Shown in pieces: positions 62,203 through 64,000 of a stretch of 64,000 bases of DNA. The notes beneath the pieces were generated by a model. That model saw only the letters and a list, made by a program, of their open reading frames with translations, ran no database searches and had not been told where the DNA came from. The translations under genes and the position numbers were made by a program. Within the stretch, counting starts at the first letter, position 1. Each line of letters opens with the position of its first letter. This DNA is from Patescibacteria group bacterium UBA6201. Its GTDB lineage: Bacteria; Patescibacteriota; Minisyncoccia; Phycocordibacterales; UBA918. The stretch is from NCBI GenBank assembly GCA_002422025.1, contig DISV01000005.1, positions 290,948 to 354,947 on the forward strand, in the 5' to 3' direction.

Positions 62203-62391
62203 CTACTGGGGCAGTAGGATCCAAGCAATTAGATACATCAATAATCCCGGCATTAGTCCAGTAATGAGTAGGAAGAAAACAAACCCTAGTCTCCATATTG
62301 TAGGGTCCTGATCAAAGTACTCGGCCATACCTGCACAAATACCAGCTACCAGTACATTATCGCGACTTCTCATCAATCTTTTTGTAGACAT
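62203..62391 (-). CDS. PspC domain protein
   Basis: KRLMRSRDN..AGICAGMAEYF..DPT..R, YLIAWILLP. Confidence 0.92.
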   Translation of the reverse strand: MSTKRLMRSRDNVLVAGICAGMAEYFDQDPTIWRLGFVFFLLITGLMPGLLMYLIAWILLPQ

Positions 62392-62409
62392 AATTTAACT
62401 ATAGTATAT

Positions 62410-63096
62410 CTATAATTCATAAATAACATCCTTTCTTTCCACAACTACTGGCCAGTCCAATCGCTTTGCATGATTAAACAATGCCAGATTTGGATTAAAA
62501 CAAATTGGACGCTCTACACTTTCTAGGAGAGGAATGTCTCCCTCAGTATCACCAACACCAATCGACCTTTTACTAGTTAAAGACACATCCTCTAAAACTC
62601 TAGCAATGATATTTGCCTTATTGGCAATCAAATGTTCATCCGTCACTTCACCTGTAAAGCGGTCTTGTGGACCCAGTTCATACATCCGACCATAGACCTT
62701 ATCGAAACCGTACTGACGACAGAAGTCATCAAGAATCGTTTTAGGAGATTGTGAGATAGCTACCAGAAAATAGCCCTCGGCTTTTAAGTCTTGAATCAAA
62801 TCACGAGTATAGCGATAGACTCGCTTATTTCTTTCAGCAACTACTTCACGACCAATGTCAGCTAGGTCGCCATAAAAAACACCTTTCAGGTTTTGCCGAA
62901 ATACTTTAACAACAGCATTTATATAACTGTCGTATTCTCCTTCCCTATCTTGCCAACGACGTTTCAATTCAGCAAACTCCTCTTCAGCTCCTTTAGGAAA
63001 CACTCCCGCGTCTAACAACCTATCTACCAACTCTATTAAAAGACTGGACCGAAAAAGGGTCCCATCGATATCAAAAAAAGCCACTGGTTTCTGCAT
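62410..63096 (-). CDS. HAD-IB family hydrolase
   Basis: FFDIDGTL, ISQS, K, GDTEGD. Confidence 0.92.
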   Translation of the reverse strand: MQKPVAFFDIDGTLFRSSLLIELVDRLLDAGVFPKGAEEEFAELKRRWQDREGEYDSYINAVVKVFRQNLKGVFYGDLADIGREVVAERNKRVYRYTRDLIQDLKAEGYFLVAISQSPKTILDDFCRQYGFDKVYGRMYELGPQDRFTGEVTDEHLIANKANIIARVLEDVSLTSKRSIGVGDTEGDIPLLESVERPICFNPNLALFNHAKRLDWPVVVERKDVIYEL

Positions 63097-63238
63097 GCCT
63101 ATATTTTACCCCCACACCAATATTTTCATAGTGCCTTACACGGGAATGAATTCCCAATGAAAATATAGGTGTGGGGGTGTAGCAGAAACTCTTGTGGCTT
63201 GTGGGGGCATCGCCGTGACACCCCCAAAGAACTGTTGT

Positions 63239-63619
63239 TCAGAAGCACCGTCCATCATACATTGATGACTTGCCGAACGTCATCTGCCTCTGATTCGGCA
63301 GTACCACGACCACCGAGTCATGGTCGTCGCCCCGTCCTGATATTTTGGACGGGGCGAAAGAACGGCTCAGTCCCAGACTGACAACTTCATCATTGACGCT
63401 TTCGTAAGCAGGGGAGAACCCCATCTCAATACACTGCTGTCCCGGCACCCGAGCTTCCCAGGCCAGGATTTCTTTCCTGGTGAAAGCACGGACACCCAAA
63501 TCCGCTCCTTTGTGATTGATGACTCGGCCCTGGGGACAATCATCAACCGCGGATAGACCGCTGAAAATCACCCGTTTGGTAATTTTCCCATAGGCACGAT
63601 ATATAAGTTCAATCGGCAT
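63239..63619 (-). CDS. Hypothetical protein
   Basis: 126-aa ORF with AAGGAGAG RBS; no recognisable motif. Confidence 0.55.
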   Translation of the reverse strand: MPIELIYRAYGKITKRVIFSGLSAVDDCPQGRVINHKGADLGVRAFTRKEILAWEARVPGQQCIEMGFSPAYESVNDEVVSLGLSRSFAPSKISGRGDDHDSVVVVLPNQRQMTFGKSSMYDGRCF

Positions 63620-63693
63620 TTCGCTCTCCTTTTTTCACAAAAACGCCTGAGGGTTCCGCCCTGAAGAGACGATAACTTTAATTAGGACGAATG

Positions 63694-64000
63694 TCAAGAC
63701 AGCGTCCGAAATACAAGATAAAGTTTCTGTAGCAGGACACCGATGACCAATATGAGGCCAAGGAATATTATTAGACCACCAAAAAATGGTATATATGAAA
63801 GGAAGATTACTGCAAACACTCCTAACATAACTGAAAGTAAATCAATTCTTCTGTCTTTGACAAAGTAAGACACAATGTACGCACCGAGCAGAATTGGCAG
63901 GATAATAAAGGCGCACAGGAACAGAAGCATAGTCAAAAGAAGAGAAATTATTCCCAGCCAAGCACCAAGTACGGTAGCGAGTAATATGAAACTAAGCACT
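63694..64000 (-). CDS. C-terminal part of a multi-pass membrane protein (starts beyond the window)
   Basis: Open hydrophobic frame reaching the window edge; YIPFFGG pattern. Confidence 0.7.
   Translation of the reverse strand, partial: VLSFILLATVLGAWLGIISLLLTMLLFLCAFIILPILLGAYIVSYFVKDRRIDLLSVMLGVFAVIFLSYIPFFGGLIIFLGLILVIGVLLQKLYLVFRTLS

Overview
Chromosomal window from a small-genome bacterium, most likely Patescibacteria/CPR (Parcubacteria-like). This is an inference from the divergent F1Fo delta and short epsilon subunits, many apparently leaderless genes and the surface-protein types. Housekeeping content: atpBEFHAGDC, ddl, uvrBA and uvrC, tgt, umuC/umuD-like genes, typA, lemA-DUF2207-htpX-fur, groESL, secG, rnj, tRNA-Ala(TGC) and tRNA-Ser(GGA). 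Accessory content: a SipW/TasA-like surface-fibre locus beside an ECF sigma/anti-sigma pair, and a B12-dependent class II RNR with a cobalamin-salvage operon. The most unusual observations are: (1) a membrane + cytochrome b5 + cytochrome cd1 (heme d1 propeller) fusion protein; (2) a four-helix-bundle gene enclosed by inverted 7-nt tandem arrays, with ORF-less heptamer hairpins in other operons; (3) the same flanking architecture at both tRNAs, made of hairpin-interrupted sense and antisense tRNA fragments; (4) a covarying structured element starting exactly at three stop codons; (5) a conserved terminator-containing leader before two surface-protein transcription units; (6) a pre-truncated, catalytically dead UmuD. 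No CRISPR array, rRNA, transposase, integrase or reverse transcriptase was seen. All calls were made by eye, without database searches.
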